Of a stretch of DNA of 41,427 nt, positions 1 through 7,843 are shown one piece after another. The notes below the pieces were generated by a model. That model saw only the letters and a list, made by a program, of their open reading frames with translations, ran no database searches and was not told where the DNA came from. The translations under genes and the position numbers were made by a program. This DNA comes from a virus, in the IMG/VR virus record IMGVR_UViG_3300037313_000496, positions 1 to 41,427 of that record. One strand, 5' to 3'. The stretch's first letter is position 1, and every line of letters starts with the position of its first letter.

Positions 1-127
1 CTTCACGCGGGAGTGCAGCGAATTTGGCCTTGTCCGCATCAGACCATCGTGCCGGCGGCTCAATAGGCTGCACGGTCGGTGCAGGTTGAGCAGCGGGGTC
101 TTGCGCGGGTTGTGCCTCGGCCGGCGC
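1..127. repeat. Terminal overlap: 1-127 identical to 41301-41427 (circular closure of the contig)
   Basis: Direct comparison of both window ends. The duplicated block lies inside one continuous minus-strand ORF, and joining base 1 to 41300 preserves the frame. Confidence 0.95.
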
Positions 128-376
128 TGGCTCCTTATCGGAGGGCGTTTCGGCCTCGGCGGATTTCGTGGGCTTGAACTTGCCATCGGCGTACCGCGTC
201 GGGTCGCTCGGATGATCTGGCTTGGGTTCAGCCGTGGTGTCTTCGGTCGGCGGTTCCGGCGCTGCTGCTGCGGGTTCTGCCCCGTAGTTTGCCTCATCAA
301 GCGCGCCTGAGATAATAGCGTCCAGTCCGGCAGGTTCAGGGGTTTCGCCCTGAAGGCCAGCTTCAGCGTCCGACAT
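1..376 (-). CDS. Scaffolding-like protein, N-terminal part (full gene = 376->1 joined to 41300->40519, 385 aa)
   Basis: ATG at 376-374 preceded by AGGAGAA. Acidic Pro/Ala-rich N-terminus followed by a long A/Q/E-rich helical body. Lies immediately upstream of the capsid gene. Confidence 0.6.
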   Translation of the reverse strand, partial: MSDAEAGLQGETPEPAGLDAIISGALDEANYGAEPAAAAPEPPTEDTTAEPKPDHPSDPTRYADGKFKPTKSAEAETPSDKEPAPAEAQPAQDPAAQPAPTVQPIEPPARWSDADKAKFAALPRE

Positions 377-395
377 AAATTCTCCTGTATCGGGC

Positions 396-638
396 CTAGT
401 GTTCGCCGTAGACCCGGCGGCGTAGCTCTGCGGTGTGAGATGCGAAGTCGTTGCCGACTTGCTTCACGCCATTCGCTTGCTCATAGGCGCGCAATGATGC
501 GCGAGAGCTGATCTCCTTGCCGTCCTGGGTGACGAACGGCGCAATATCGGACCAGACATGAAAAACCCCGCTCTTGGGCGGGGCCTTATCCTTCAGATGC
601 CATTTGCCGTTGCGCAGCACCCACGTCTCACGCGCCAC
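396..638 (-). CDS. Hypothetical protein (80 aa)
   Basis: ORF with GTG start overlapping the upstream gene end. Protein-like composition; no motif recognised. Confidence 0.45.
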   Translation of the reverse strand: MARETWVLRNGKWHLKDKAPPKSGVFHVWSDIAPFVTQDGKEISSRASLRAYEQANGVKQVGNDFASHTAELRRRVYGEH

Positions 639-870
639 GCTGCACCCACTCGTCCGCGACAGGGATGGTGCTCACTACAACCGCCACCAGCAAAGGAACG
701 ATAATGAACAGCCGCGCCAACTCCGACAGACCGAGCGCTGCACCCACCCAATCAAGAAAGAAAGCCATCCCGGTGCAGATGGAGGACAGGGCAATAATAA
801 GCGCCGCCATCTTTAGGCTGGCGCGCGTTTTCCATCTTTCAAATTCATCCCAATCATAGCTGCCGTTCAT
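628..870 (-). CDS. Small membrane protein (two predicted TM helices)
   Basis: ATGA start/stop overlap with the portal gene. Hydrophobic stretches AALIIALSSICTGMAFFL and LFIIVPLLVAVVV. Confidence 0.55.
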   Translation of the reverse strand: MNGSYDWDEFERWKTRASLKMAALIIALSSICTGMAFFLDWVGAALGLSELARLFIIVPLLVAVVVSTIPVADEWVQRGA

Positions 871-3041
871 GCCCGCGCCTCCGGCTTTTGCTTCGCCTGC
901 TTGGCCTTCTGAGCCATCATCTCAAGCCCGGTCTGGTGCTTCACTTCCGTCGCCTCAAGACCCAACTCATGTTCGCGTTCACGCTGGGCCATATCCATCT
1001 GCTGCGCCTGCTGGTCCATCGCCATGCGCTGCTGATCGGCCTGCATTTCCATGCCGAGCTTCTGCCGCATGAGGTCCATTTCCTCACGCTGCATCGCCAA
1101 CTCAGCCCGCATCTTCTCCATGTCCATCTGGTGCTTGGCCTGTGCGGCCTGCATGTCCATCTGGGTCTTGGCCTGATCGGCTTGCGCCTTGGCCTGCTGC
1201 GCCTGCCCGTCAATCTGGGCCTTCTGCTGCACGGCCTTCAGTTTCTCTTGCTCGATCGCAATCTTCGGATCGGGCGGCTTTTGCTGCTGCGCCGCCTGTT
1301 GCAGCTTCAGCTTGGATTGCTCAATCACTTCCTCAAGCGAGCGGCCAGTCTTGAAGCGCCGCAACGCGAAGGCCAGCATCTCGAATGCCATATCCATCAA
1401 CGCGGGCTGCGCCTGGATGATCGGGAACCACGCCGTTACGAACTCCGATGCCGCCTTGAGCATTTCAGAGACGGCCTGCTTCTCGGCCTCGGCATCCTCG
1501 AACACCGTCGAGTCAGTCTCAATATCGATCCGATACGAGCGCAACTTGTCGCTGCGCATGATCTGGATCATCTCAGGCGTAATCGTGCCTTCAACGCTCG
1601 GAGGCTGGGCCGGCGCCTGCTGTGGCATCCCCGGCTGGCCTTCCATCGGCGGGCCGCCATTATGGCCCATGGCAGGCATCATCGCCGGATCAACGAACTT
1701 AAAGCCCGTCATCTCCGCGAGCTTCTGCGGCTCGAAATGCTCCGCGATGATCTCGCACTTGATGCGCAGCGTGTCGCGAATCCACTTCTGAACCTTGTCC
1801 TGCCGCTTCTTCAGCCGGTTGCCGCCGAACTGCGCCTTGATCTTCTGCGCGCCCAACGTCTCGCGCGGGTCCGAACTGCCGCGCATAATGTCGGCAATCC
1901 CGACAACCTCGTAAATCGTCTGCACCCGCAAATCGCGCTGCTGGTGCAACTCACCAAGCACTGTTGCCAATGCCGTCAGGTCTTCCGCCTGGAACGCGGC
2001 AGCCAGCCCGCCCTTGGTGCTCAGGTCGGCATAATTGTGAACCGGGACAAACTCGTTGTCCTGCGCCTTGGACAACCGCGCCAGTTCCTTGAACGTCGCG
2101 TCGTACACACCACGGCGCTTGAGCGCACGGGTCAGCTTGTCAATGCGCGCTTCGATCTCATCCAGCCCATCAGCCTGGTCCTGATAGATCGAGAACTCAG
2201 CCTTGGGGATGAACGTGTCGTTCGCCGTGATCGCCTGTAGCGGCTCGGCGTTCGGGAAAAAGTCCTCCAGCCCATACGGGTCCGGGTCTTTGCGGCACAG
2301 CTTAGGCCAGTTCGGGACAATCCAGACGCGCTCACGCTTGGTCTTGTCGAAGATTTCCCAGACCTCGGCACGCTTGAACGAGTCGGGCACCTTCTCATCA
2401 TCCGGCGCCGGGGACCAATTGAGCGGGATCGAATCCGCATCCTCAAACTGGTTGTCCCGCAAGTCCTGCCGGCTCATCTTGTGGCGGAACGCTTCCCAGG
2501 CCACCTTGTCCCATGTCTTCGCGGGTTCATGCCGGAAGTCGGTCCAGGGCCAGTATTTCTCGTACAACTCCTGCTTGGCGACGTATTCCTTTTCGTCCTC
2601 GCCCTGGGCAGTCTCTGCCTCATAGCAGACGCGGACAACGCCACGGCCGGGCAGCAGGTAATCCTCAATCGCCCGCTCTACGGCCTTCTCGCTATCGTAG
2701 GCGTCCTGACAATAGATCGCCGCGCGCTCGATGATCTCGGCCACCTGCTTGCCGATGGGATCACGGTCAGCGAACCGCCTGCGAATGTCGGGCTTCGCCA
2801 TGCGCGCGAACAGCGCGGCCTTCAGCGTCTCGACGTTCGAGTAAAGGATATTGAATTTCTTATTGGACGCGCGAACCGTCTTGTCCTTGCCGCCCTTGTA
2901 GCGATCGATGACGGCCTTGCCGTCCTTCAGGAACTCGCGGCTGTCACGCTCGGATAGCTCGATCTGCTGCTGCCAATACTTAGCTTCGCCGTCAACGCCC
3001 TCTGCCTCGGATCGGGTTTCGATGCTGGCGGATTCGGTCAT
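867..3041 (-). CDS. Portal protein with ~148-aa C-terminal Q/A/M/K-rich helical extension
   Basis: 724-aa ORF downstream of the large terminase. Size and position are typical of podovirus portals. The tail (about 870-1313) is low-complexity and coiled-coil-like. Confidence 0.75.
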   Translation of the reverse strand: MTESASIETRSEAEGVDGEAKYWQQQIELSERDSREFLKDGKAVIDRYKGGKDKTVRASNKKFNILYSNVETLKAALFARMAKPDIRRRFADRDPIGKQVAEIIERAAIYCQDAYDSEKAVERAIEDYLLPGRGVVRVCYEAETAQGEDEKEYVAKQELYEKYWPWTDFRHEPAKTWDKVAWEAFRHKMSRQDLRDNQFEDADSIPLNWSPAPDDEKVPDSFKRAEVWEIFDKTKRERVWIVPNWPKLCRKDPDPYGLEDFFPNAEPLQAITANDTFIPKAEFSIYQDQADGLDEIEARIDKLTRALKRRGVYDATFKELARLSKAQDNEFVPVHNYADLSTKGGLAAAFQAEDLTALATVLGELHQQRDLRVQTIYEVVGIADIMRGSSDPRETLGAQKIKAQFGGNRLKKRQDKVQKWIRDTLRIKCEIIAEHFEPQKLAEMTGFKFVDPAMMPAMGHNGGPPMEGQPGMPQQAPAQPPSVEGTITPEMIQIMRSDKLRSYRIDIETDSTVFEDAEAEKQAVSEMLKAASEFVTAWFPIIQAQPALMDMAFEMLAFALRRFKTGRSLEEVIEQSKLKLQQAAQQQKPPDPKIAIEQEKLKAVQQKAQIDGQAQQAKAQADQAKTQMDMQAAQAKHQMDMEKMRAELAMQREEMDLMRQKLGMEMQADQQRMAMDQQAQQMDMAQREREHELGLEATEVKHQTGLEMMAQKAKQAKQKPEARA

Positions 3042-3248
3042 TTAGCTGGCAGTCGTCACGGCAACCCACGAGGTTGCGCCATCGGAATTGATATAGGCCC
3101 GCGTCGAGGAGCTTGAGCCATCCAGCCGCAGATAGAGCGTGCCCTTGGCCGCGCTATGGCTCGGCGCACCCGTGCCAGCCTGGAAGAACATCGGATTGGC
3201 GGGGCCAGGCCCGGCCGCGATGGTGATGTTGTCGGCGTGATTGCTCAT
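3042..3248 (-). CDS. Hypothetical small protein (68 aa) between terminase and portal
   Basis: ATGA overlap with the terL stop; its stop abuts the portal ATG (TAAATG). Confidence 0.5.
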   Translation of the reverse strand: MSNHADNITIAAGPGPANPMFFQAGTGAPSHSAAKGTLYLRLDGSSSSTRAYINSDGATSWVAVTTAS

Positions 3249-4702
3249 TCGTCAGCCTGTTCCTGTTCGTATTCGGCCATCACGTCATTGAAGGTCTTGG
3301 GCTTGACCAGTTCGGCCAAGATATTCTTAGGCGTGTTCACGTCCTCAACCCAGGGCCGCGACATGCAGCCATAACGGGCTTCGTCGCCCGCATGGTCTTC
3401 ACCATCGGTGTCCACGTCTTCCGGTCTGTCAGGATCGTGCTGCAACGCCGGGACGGTGCGGATGAACTCCGAGCACGTCGAGAACACGTACAGCATCGGC
3501 CGGCCATCGGCGCCGCCCTTGAGTCTGGCCCGCATCTGGTCCCAGCCGCCCAATGCACCACGAGAACCAACGCGGCGGTTATCAGCTCGCTTGAACCAAA
3601 CCTTGCCGTTTGTGGCCTTCGCCATGCGCTCGGCAATGGACGGGCCGCCGTCTACCGAGAAGGCCGCCGGGTCGAGCACGCCATAGGCAATCAGGTCTTC
3701 GGCGTCACGGGCCTGAATCCCCAGCGCCACTTCTTCAGCGGTCAGCTTCAGCCCGACATTGGGCGCTGATGCGCCGTACCACTCGCGATAACGGATGAGC
3801 GCACCGCGCGGGATGGTTCTCCCTTGAATGACAGTATCGTCACCACAGACGGCCCACCAACCGACCGAGAACGGCTTGGCAGAACCCCAGTCCATGCTAC
3901 GGAAGCGAAGCCAATCTTTCGGTAGTTCAAAAGGCCGGATAACGTGCGCTTCGTTCGACCAGCAATCAAAGAACGCCCCCTCGATAACCGACCAGTCGCC
4001 GTCGAGCCACGCGCGAACTAGCGTTTCCGACCCAGAGGCTTTGAGTTGTTGAACGTAGCTTGGCCCGAGGTATCGGTTGTCGCCAACGCGAGACGGGATA
4101 TAGACCCGCTGTAGCCCGCTCACAGCATCCGTGATGATTTTCCATCCAGCAGGCGCAGGATCGATATACCGCGCCTTCACCCACTGATGGCCGGGACCAC
4201 CAGGGTTGCCCGTCGCTCTGAAACCAACCGGAACGCCAGCGCCAGACCGCAACGTCGCCATTAGCTTGAGGATGGGCTTATCGCTCGGGAAGTTGCCGAT
4301 CTCTTCGACGTACACGCGCGTATAGCTGTGACCCTGATAAGCCTCAGCATCCGCATCGCGCTCAAGATAGGCGAAGCGTAATCGCGCCCCGTTTGGCGCA
4401 CGCCACATCTTCTCTTGTTCGTGGAAGACCCAGCCCAGCGGCGTATAAATCGCCCTGCTGCGCTCTATCGTCTCAATCAGCTCCGTCCGCTGCCGGCGGA
4501 CCATTAACCCAATTGCGTGTTCGCCGTAGGCGTCCGCGTGCTCTAGGAAGTCCCCAAGCACTCCGTCTGTTTTACCGCCGCCACGCGCGCCACCAAAGAA
4601 CGCTTCAAATACAGGGCAGGCGATCAGTGCAGTTTGCGGCCCGGTCTGGGCCTGCCAGATGGTTTCTAGTGCGGAAGATTCGGAGAGTGCTGCTGTTGCC
4701 AT
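3245..4702 (-). CDS. terL: Terminase large subunit
   Basis: 485 aa. Walker A-like GGARGGGKTDG near the N-terminus. Acidic nuclease-type C-terminal half. Synteny terS-terL-portal. Confidence 0.85.
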   Translation of the reverse strand: MATAALSESSALETIWQAQTGPQTALIACPVFEAFFGGARGGGKTDGVLGDFLEHADAYGEHAIGLMVRRQRTELIETIERSRAIYTPLGWVFHEQEKMWRAPNGARLRFAYLERDADAEAYQGHSYTRVYVEEIGNFPSDKPILKLMATLRSGAGVPVGFRATGNPGGPGHQWVKARYIDPAPAGWKIITDAVSGLQRVYIPSRVGDNRYLGPSYVQQLKASGSETLVRAWLDGDWSVIEGAFFDCWSNEAHVIRPFELPKDWLRFRSMDWGSAKPFSVGWWAVCGDDTVIQGRTIPRGALIRYREWYGASAPNVGLKLTAEEVALGIQARDAEDLIAYGVLDPAAFSVDGGPSIAERMAKATNGKVWFKRADNRRVGSRGALGGWDQMRARLKGGADGRPMLYVFSTCSEFIRTVPALQHDPDRPEDVDTDGEDHAGDEARYGCMSRPWVEDVNTPKNILAELVKPKTFNDVMAEYEQEQADE

Positions 4703-4932
4703 GTTTCAGCGTCGGCAGCCTTCTCTGGCACACGCGCCACGTAGCGATGGGTTGTCTCAGCCTCGATAAATTGCGTGGCCTTGCCCCAGCCCCGATCAAG
4801 GAGCGCCTGGGCAGCCTGAACACGGGCAGCCGGAGGCGAGTCGGCCTGGTTCATCACCCCCACAAGCGTCTTAATGGCCGTCTCTGTGTGAGCGCGCGCC
4901 AATGATTTGATTTCTATTGGCGCTTTAGCCAC
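4666..4932 (-). CDS. terS: Putative terminase small subunit
   Basis: 88-aa ORF, GTG start after GGAGAAAG. Overlaps the terL start by 37 nt. Called from position and size only. Confidence 0.45.
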   Translation of the reverse strand: MAKAPIEIKSLARAHTETAIKTLVGVMNQADSPPAARVQAAQALLDRGWGKATQFIEAETTHRYVARVPEKAADAETWQQQHSPNLPH

Positions 4933-5058
4933 TTAGCTTTCTCCGGTCCTCATGATCTTCAGCCCTTGTCAGCGTCTTGGCTGTTATGCCGGTTTAATAC
5001 CGGCTCCTGTGTTCTCTCTAGGAGTTGACCAGGAGGGCTAGGGCGGTGCTCTGCCCTG

Positions 5059-5319
5059 TTAAATTGGGCGCTGGGAAATAATCTCGGTCGTCTTTCCCTG
5101 CGCGTTCTCGATAATTGCGCGGTCAAACACCGGCGGGAATCCCTCTGGCCGCGTCGGCTTTCCGATGTCGGCACCAACATCATAGCGCGTCGAATCTCCT
5201 CCCTTTTGATGAAGGGTGATTTCCGCGCCGCCGGCCTTGTCCCGCAAAATGGTGAAACTATCGGCCGCCAGAATGACCTGGCGCTCGCCAGGGCCCGAAT
5301 AGAGCTTGATCGTGAACAT
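5059..5319 (-). CDS. Hypothetical protein (86 aa; start trimmed to MFTIKLY)
   Basis: ATG at 5319 preceded by AGGAGAA. The longer track ORF start has no RBS. Confidence 0.5.
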   Translation of the reverse strand: MFTIKLYSGPGERQVILAADSFTILRDKAGGAEITLHQKGGDSTRYDVGADIGKPTRPEGFPPVFDRAIIENAQGKTTEIISQRPI

Positions 5320-5340
5320 CGTGCTTCTCCTGCTGCTGCT

Positions 5341-5381
5341 GAAATAGAAAAGCCGACCAAGGACGAATGCCCCTGATCGGC
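5341..5381 (-). terminator. Intrinsic terminator (11-bp stem with two G-U pairs, 8-nt loop, then TTTTCTATTTC)
   Basis: Minus strand reads GCCGATCAGGGG-cattcgt-CCTTGGTCGGC-TTTTCTATTTC. Confidence 0.65.
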
Positions 5382-5554
5382 CTATCCGCATTTGCGCGGG
5401 TTGTATCTCGCGGGCCGGGCTTGATACCGGCTTACGGCGGGCCTTGCTGGTCTAGCCAGTGGTCGATCCCCGCCAAGCTTCGGGTCCCCGCGTGTCCTTC
5501 CACGCCGCCGCGAGAATCATAAACCCGGCAGGATTTCTCCAACCGGGCGAAGTT

Positions 5555-5830
5555 CTATTTCTCTGGCTTGATGTTCCGATGGACCAAAGCCCTTACCGCC
5601 GGGTCATCAAGCCATTTGCGGACATACCCGTTTGTGCGGGCTTCCACGCCTTCGGCCAACCCGGCCGAATCTGCCGAGAACTCGTTCCCAACAGGCTTGC
5701 CCGTATCAACCTCAGCGTGCCACCCAACCGAGTCCGCTAAAAGCGTGTCTAGGCTATCGATAACCTCACCGCCGCCGGGCTCTTCCTCTTTGAGGGCCAA
5801 AATCGTCCGCCTGTTTGGCTTACGCTGCAT
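5555..5830 (-). CDS. Hypothetical protein (91 aa)
   Basis: ATG preceded by GGGAGGAG. Acidic, protein-like composition. Confidence 0.5.
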   Translation of the reverse strand: MQRKPNRRTILALKEEEPGGGEVIDSLDTLLADSVGWHAEVDTGKPVGNEFSADSAGLAEGVEARTNGYVRKWLDDPAVRALVHRNIKPEK

Positions 5831-5966
5831 TCATGAACTCCTCCCGGGTGGAGGCCCGGGAAGAATGGAAACGACGCATTTATGATGATGAAAATTCTGT
5901 CGCATAGTTCGTTACAAAAGTCAAGATTCGTTTCTCATTTGTTCACAGACGCATGTGGATAGAACG
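5831..5966 (-). promoter_or_regulatory. AT-rich intergenic region, candidate late promoter/control region
   Basis: The most AT-rich intergenic stretch of this arm. On the minus strand it has TTGACT (5924-5919), a CTATCCACA box (5962-5954) and a CCCGGG-N6-CCCGGG hairpin (5843-5860) abutting the SD of the 5830 gene. Confidence 0.35.
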
Positions 5967-6539
5967 TCACGGCACGATCCCCCACAGCTTGCACAGCACG
6001 TTCGCCCGATCCTGAACCATTGTCATAGCCGCCGCGAAAGCCTGCGGACGATTGGTCCAGCCCAGGATATTCTCGCCGGCATCCTCAAATTTCCGCTCCT
6101 CACAGACAACCGCCGTGAGAACAGCGCCGCCAATCATCCCAGCCGCCGTAATCGCCTCGCGATAGCGCTGATGATGAAACACGCCATCCTCCGACAGATT
6201 GAGGTGGCTAAATCCCCCGTCGCCGCCGAACACACGGTTGAGGTCGGCGCCCTGCCCGTAATTCGCTGTCATGCCCGCGCGGTACCAGTGGACGTAAAAC
6301 TTCCTGAGCGCCTGATATTGCCCATCGGTGATCTGCCCCTTGGCGTGCGCCCGCTCGATCGGCGCATCCCGCATGGTGTAGGCGCCGGTCTTGTCGCCAC
6401 GGCCATAGAAGTCTCTGACCTCGCCGGTCTGACGGTTGATTTCCTCGGCGCGCCCTAGCCGCTCCTTGGTTGGCCCCCGTTCGTCCAGAAGTCGCGGATC
6501 GGTCTTATAGTCCTCTAGAGCCTGTTTGACCTTTGCCAT
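5967..6539 (-). CDS. Hypothetical protein (190 aa), positional candidate for a late-gene regulator
   Basis: RBS GGGGGAA. Last gene before the AT-rich region and terminator. No motif recognised. Confidence 0.5.
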   Translation of the reverse strand: MAKVKQALEDYKTDPRLLDERGPTKERLGRAEEINRQTGEVRDFYGRGDKTGAYTMRDAPIERAHAKGQITDGQYQALRKFYVHWYRAGMTANYGQGADLNRVFGGDGGFSHLNLSEDGVFHHQRYREAITAAGMIGGAVLTAVVCEERKFEDAGENILGWTNRPQAFAAAMTMVQDRANVLCKLWGIVP

Positions 6540-6585
6540 TCATGTGTTCCCCCGATGGATGTTTACGCGGTGAGTACTGGATTAT

Positions 6586-6646
6586 TGGACAACCCGCTTC
6601 GCTAGTCAGATGCACCCGGAACGCTGACCTCACGGTTAGTGAGAGC
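6586..6646 (-). repeat. Dispersed structured repeat, copy D
   Basis: The minus strand reads GCTCTCACTAACCGTGAGGTCAGCGTTCCGGGTGCATCTGACTAGCGAAGCGGGTTGTCCA. By hand alignment 50/61 nt are identical to copy C. Confidence 0.85.
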
Positions 6647-6815
6647 GTTCGGGGTCGCGAGATTCCATGTTGCGCACAACAGCGTGCCAAGCCTCAAATG
6701 GCTTGAACTCCAACAGCCGCTTGTCGCCGCCTTCACGCAGCCACTCCATGAGTTGCTGGTGAAAACTCATCATGGCGCACGAAAGGCAATCGCCATGTTC
6801 TTTGTTCTCGCTCAT
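6636..6815 (-). CDS. Small hypothetical protein (59 aa; below ORF-track cutoff)
   Basis: GGAGCAAGGA then ATG at 6815. Translates to MSENKEHGDCLSCAMMSFHQQLMEWLREGG... The stop TAA lies in the loop of the copy D hairpin. Confidence 0.5.
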   Translation of the reverse strand: MSENKEHGDCLSCAMMSFHQQLMEWLREGGDKRLLEFKPFEAWHAVVRNMESRDPERSH

Positions 6816-6828
6816 TCCTTGCTCCTAT

Positions 6829-6892
6829 GTCTACTTACCGTGAGGTAGACGTTCCGAGTTGAGGTGGTTAGGCCGAAGGCCGGATTGTCCCA
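6829..6892 (+). repeat. Dispersed structured repeat, copy E
   Basis: Reads GTCTACTTACCGTGAGGTAGACGTTCCGAGTTGAGGTGGTTAGGCCGAAGGCCGGATTGTCCCA. Inverted relative to copy D. Confidence 0.85.
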
Positions 6893-7004
6893 ATCTCAAT
6901 TCAAAATACTCTCTCTGACTCATCTCCTTATTCAATCCACAAGAACACTCATTCCAGTATTGATCTAACCAGTACTCACAGGTGGAGGAGTGTTCTCGTG
7001 TCAT
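6831..7004 (-). CDS. Small Cys-rich hypothetical protein (57 aa; start trimmed to MTREHSS)
   Basis: TGATG overlap with the upstream gene. About 42% G+C by hand count of 6901-7000. The C-terminal 22 codons are encoded by repeat copy E. Confidence 0.45.
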   Translation of the reverse strand: MTREHSSTCEYWLDQYWNECSCGLNKEMSQREYFELRLGQSGLRPNHLNSERLPHGK

Positions 7005-7267
7005 CACGCCGCCTCGGTAGGTTTCGCCGAGGGCCGGGGTGTCCAAAAATCTTCACAAATAACATCCACAACATCATGCGTTTCAGCCTCCCCAGTCGCC
7101 TTCCAAAAAGCAGCTTCAGCACAGGCCGCCCATCTGATTGCGCGGCCAGGATCATTATCTCCACTTACAATGTCCGGGATCGCTCCAGATATTTGCTCGG
7201 CGAGCTCCCGCCACATATTTGAAACGCGCTTGCCCGCCGCCATTCCATCAAAATCATCTTCATCCAT
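7004..7267 (-). CDS. Hypothetical acidic protein (87 aa)
   Basis: GGAGG 7 nt upstream of the ATG at 7267. Confidence 0.5.
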   Translation of the reverse strand: MDEDDFDGMAAGKRVSNMWRELAEQISGAIPDIVSGDNDPGRAIRWAACAEAAFWKATGEAETHDVVDVICEDFWTPRPSAKPTEAA

Positions 7268-7300
7268 CACGCCGCCTCCGTTGTGTTGACGTAGCCAGGA

Positions 7301-7843
7301 TCAGTGACGATCAGGCGCGTCGGGGATTGCATCAAACTGCGCTCGCGAAATTCCATGCTTCTGGCAGAACACGTCGGCTGCAACCGGCGCTGCCTTTTTC
7401 GCCAGCCCCATATCGAGGCCAGCCGCTTGGCACTCCTCGATAAGCTGGGCGTAGCTTTTCCGCTTAGAGCGATCCTCCTCGGGACCGCTAATGAGCTTCT
7501 GATATTCGCGCTCGCGACGTTCTTTCTGTTGAGCGCGGCGGATCGGCTCCATTTCGGCCTCACACGCGGCCTTAACCTCGCGAGGCGTCGGCAAGAAATC
7601 TTGCTTGGATGGGATGCCCCGAACCACGTCAGTCACCCGCTCGATAACCTCGCGGGGGTACTCAGCAAGGATGCGCGTGATGCCCGCCGCGTAAGTCGTC
7701 GGGTCATTCGCCTCGCCCCGGCGGAAGCAACCGAACATCAGTTCCGCCCGATCCAGGGCAAAGGCCAGATGATCCTTGTCCAAGGAGTTGTTCTCGGACC
7801 GCCCGGATTCCATCTGTGGGAGTGTTTGCAGTTTTTGCAGCAC
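7301..7843 (-). CDS. Hypothetical protein (about 170-180 aa; start uncertain)
   Basis: Protein-like composition throughout. Overlaps the 3' end of the upstream gene by 35-140 nt, depending on the start chosen (7843, 7813 or 7738). Confidence 0.5.
   Translation of the reverse strand: MLQKLQTLPQMESGRSENNSLDKDHLAFALDRAELMFGCFRRGEANDPTTYAAGITRILAEYPREVIERVTDVVRGIPSKQDFLPTPREVKAACEAEMEPIRRAQQKERREREYQKLISGPEEDRSKRKSYAQLIEECQAAGLDMGLAKKAAPVAADVFCQKHGISRAQFDAIPDAPDRH

Noticed and set aside
1-127. Genuine direct terminal repeats of a T7-like genome
   Set aside because: The repeat falls in the middle of the scaffold ORF, and collapsing it restores the frame. No T7-like RNA or DNA polymerase genes are present. 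It is interpreted as an assembly overlap.
888-2240. 450-aa plus-strand ORF (and neighbours 869-1072, 1189-1791, 2203-2625) antisense to the portal gene
   Set aside because: L/R/H-rich off-frame composition, no RBS, and entirely antisense to a well-supported portal ORF. This is a typical high-GC shadow ORF.
2315-2323. Exact GGACAATCC 9-mer inside the portal gene as a seventh repeat copy
   Set aside because: Only the 9-mer matches and the flanks show no Box L or hairpin. A single extra 9-mer is compatible with chance.
4933-5058. Possible pac/cos site or ncRNA upstream of terS (GCCGGT-ATTA-ACCGGC hairpin at about 4988-5006)
   Set aside because: There is only one short hairpin, and no repeats or recognisable signature. 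This cannot be supported without terminus data.
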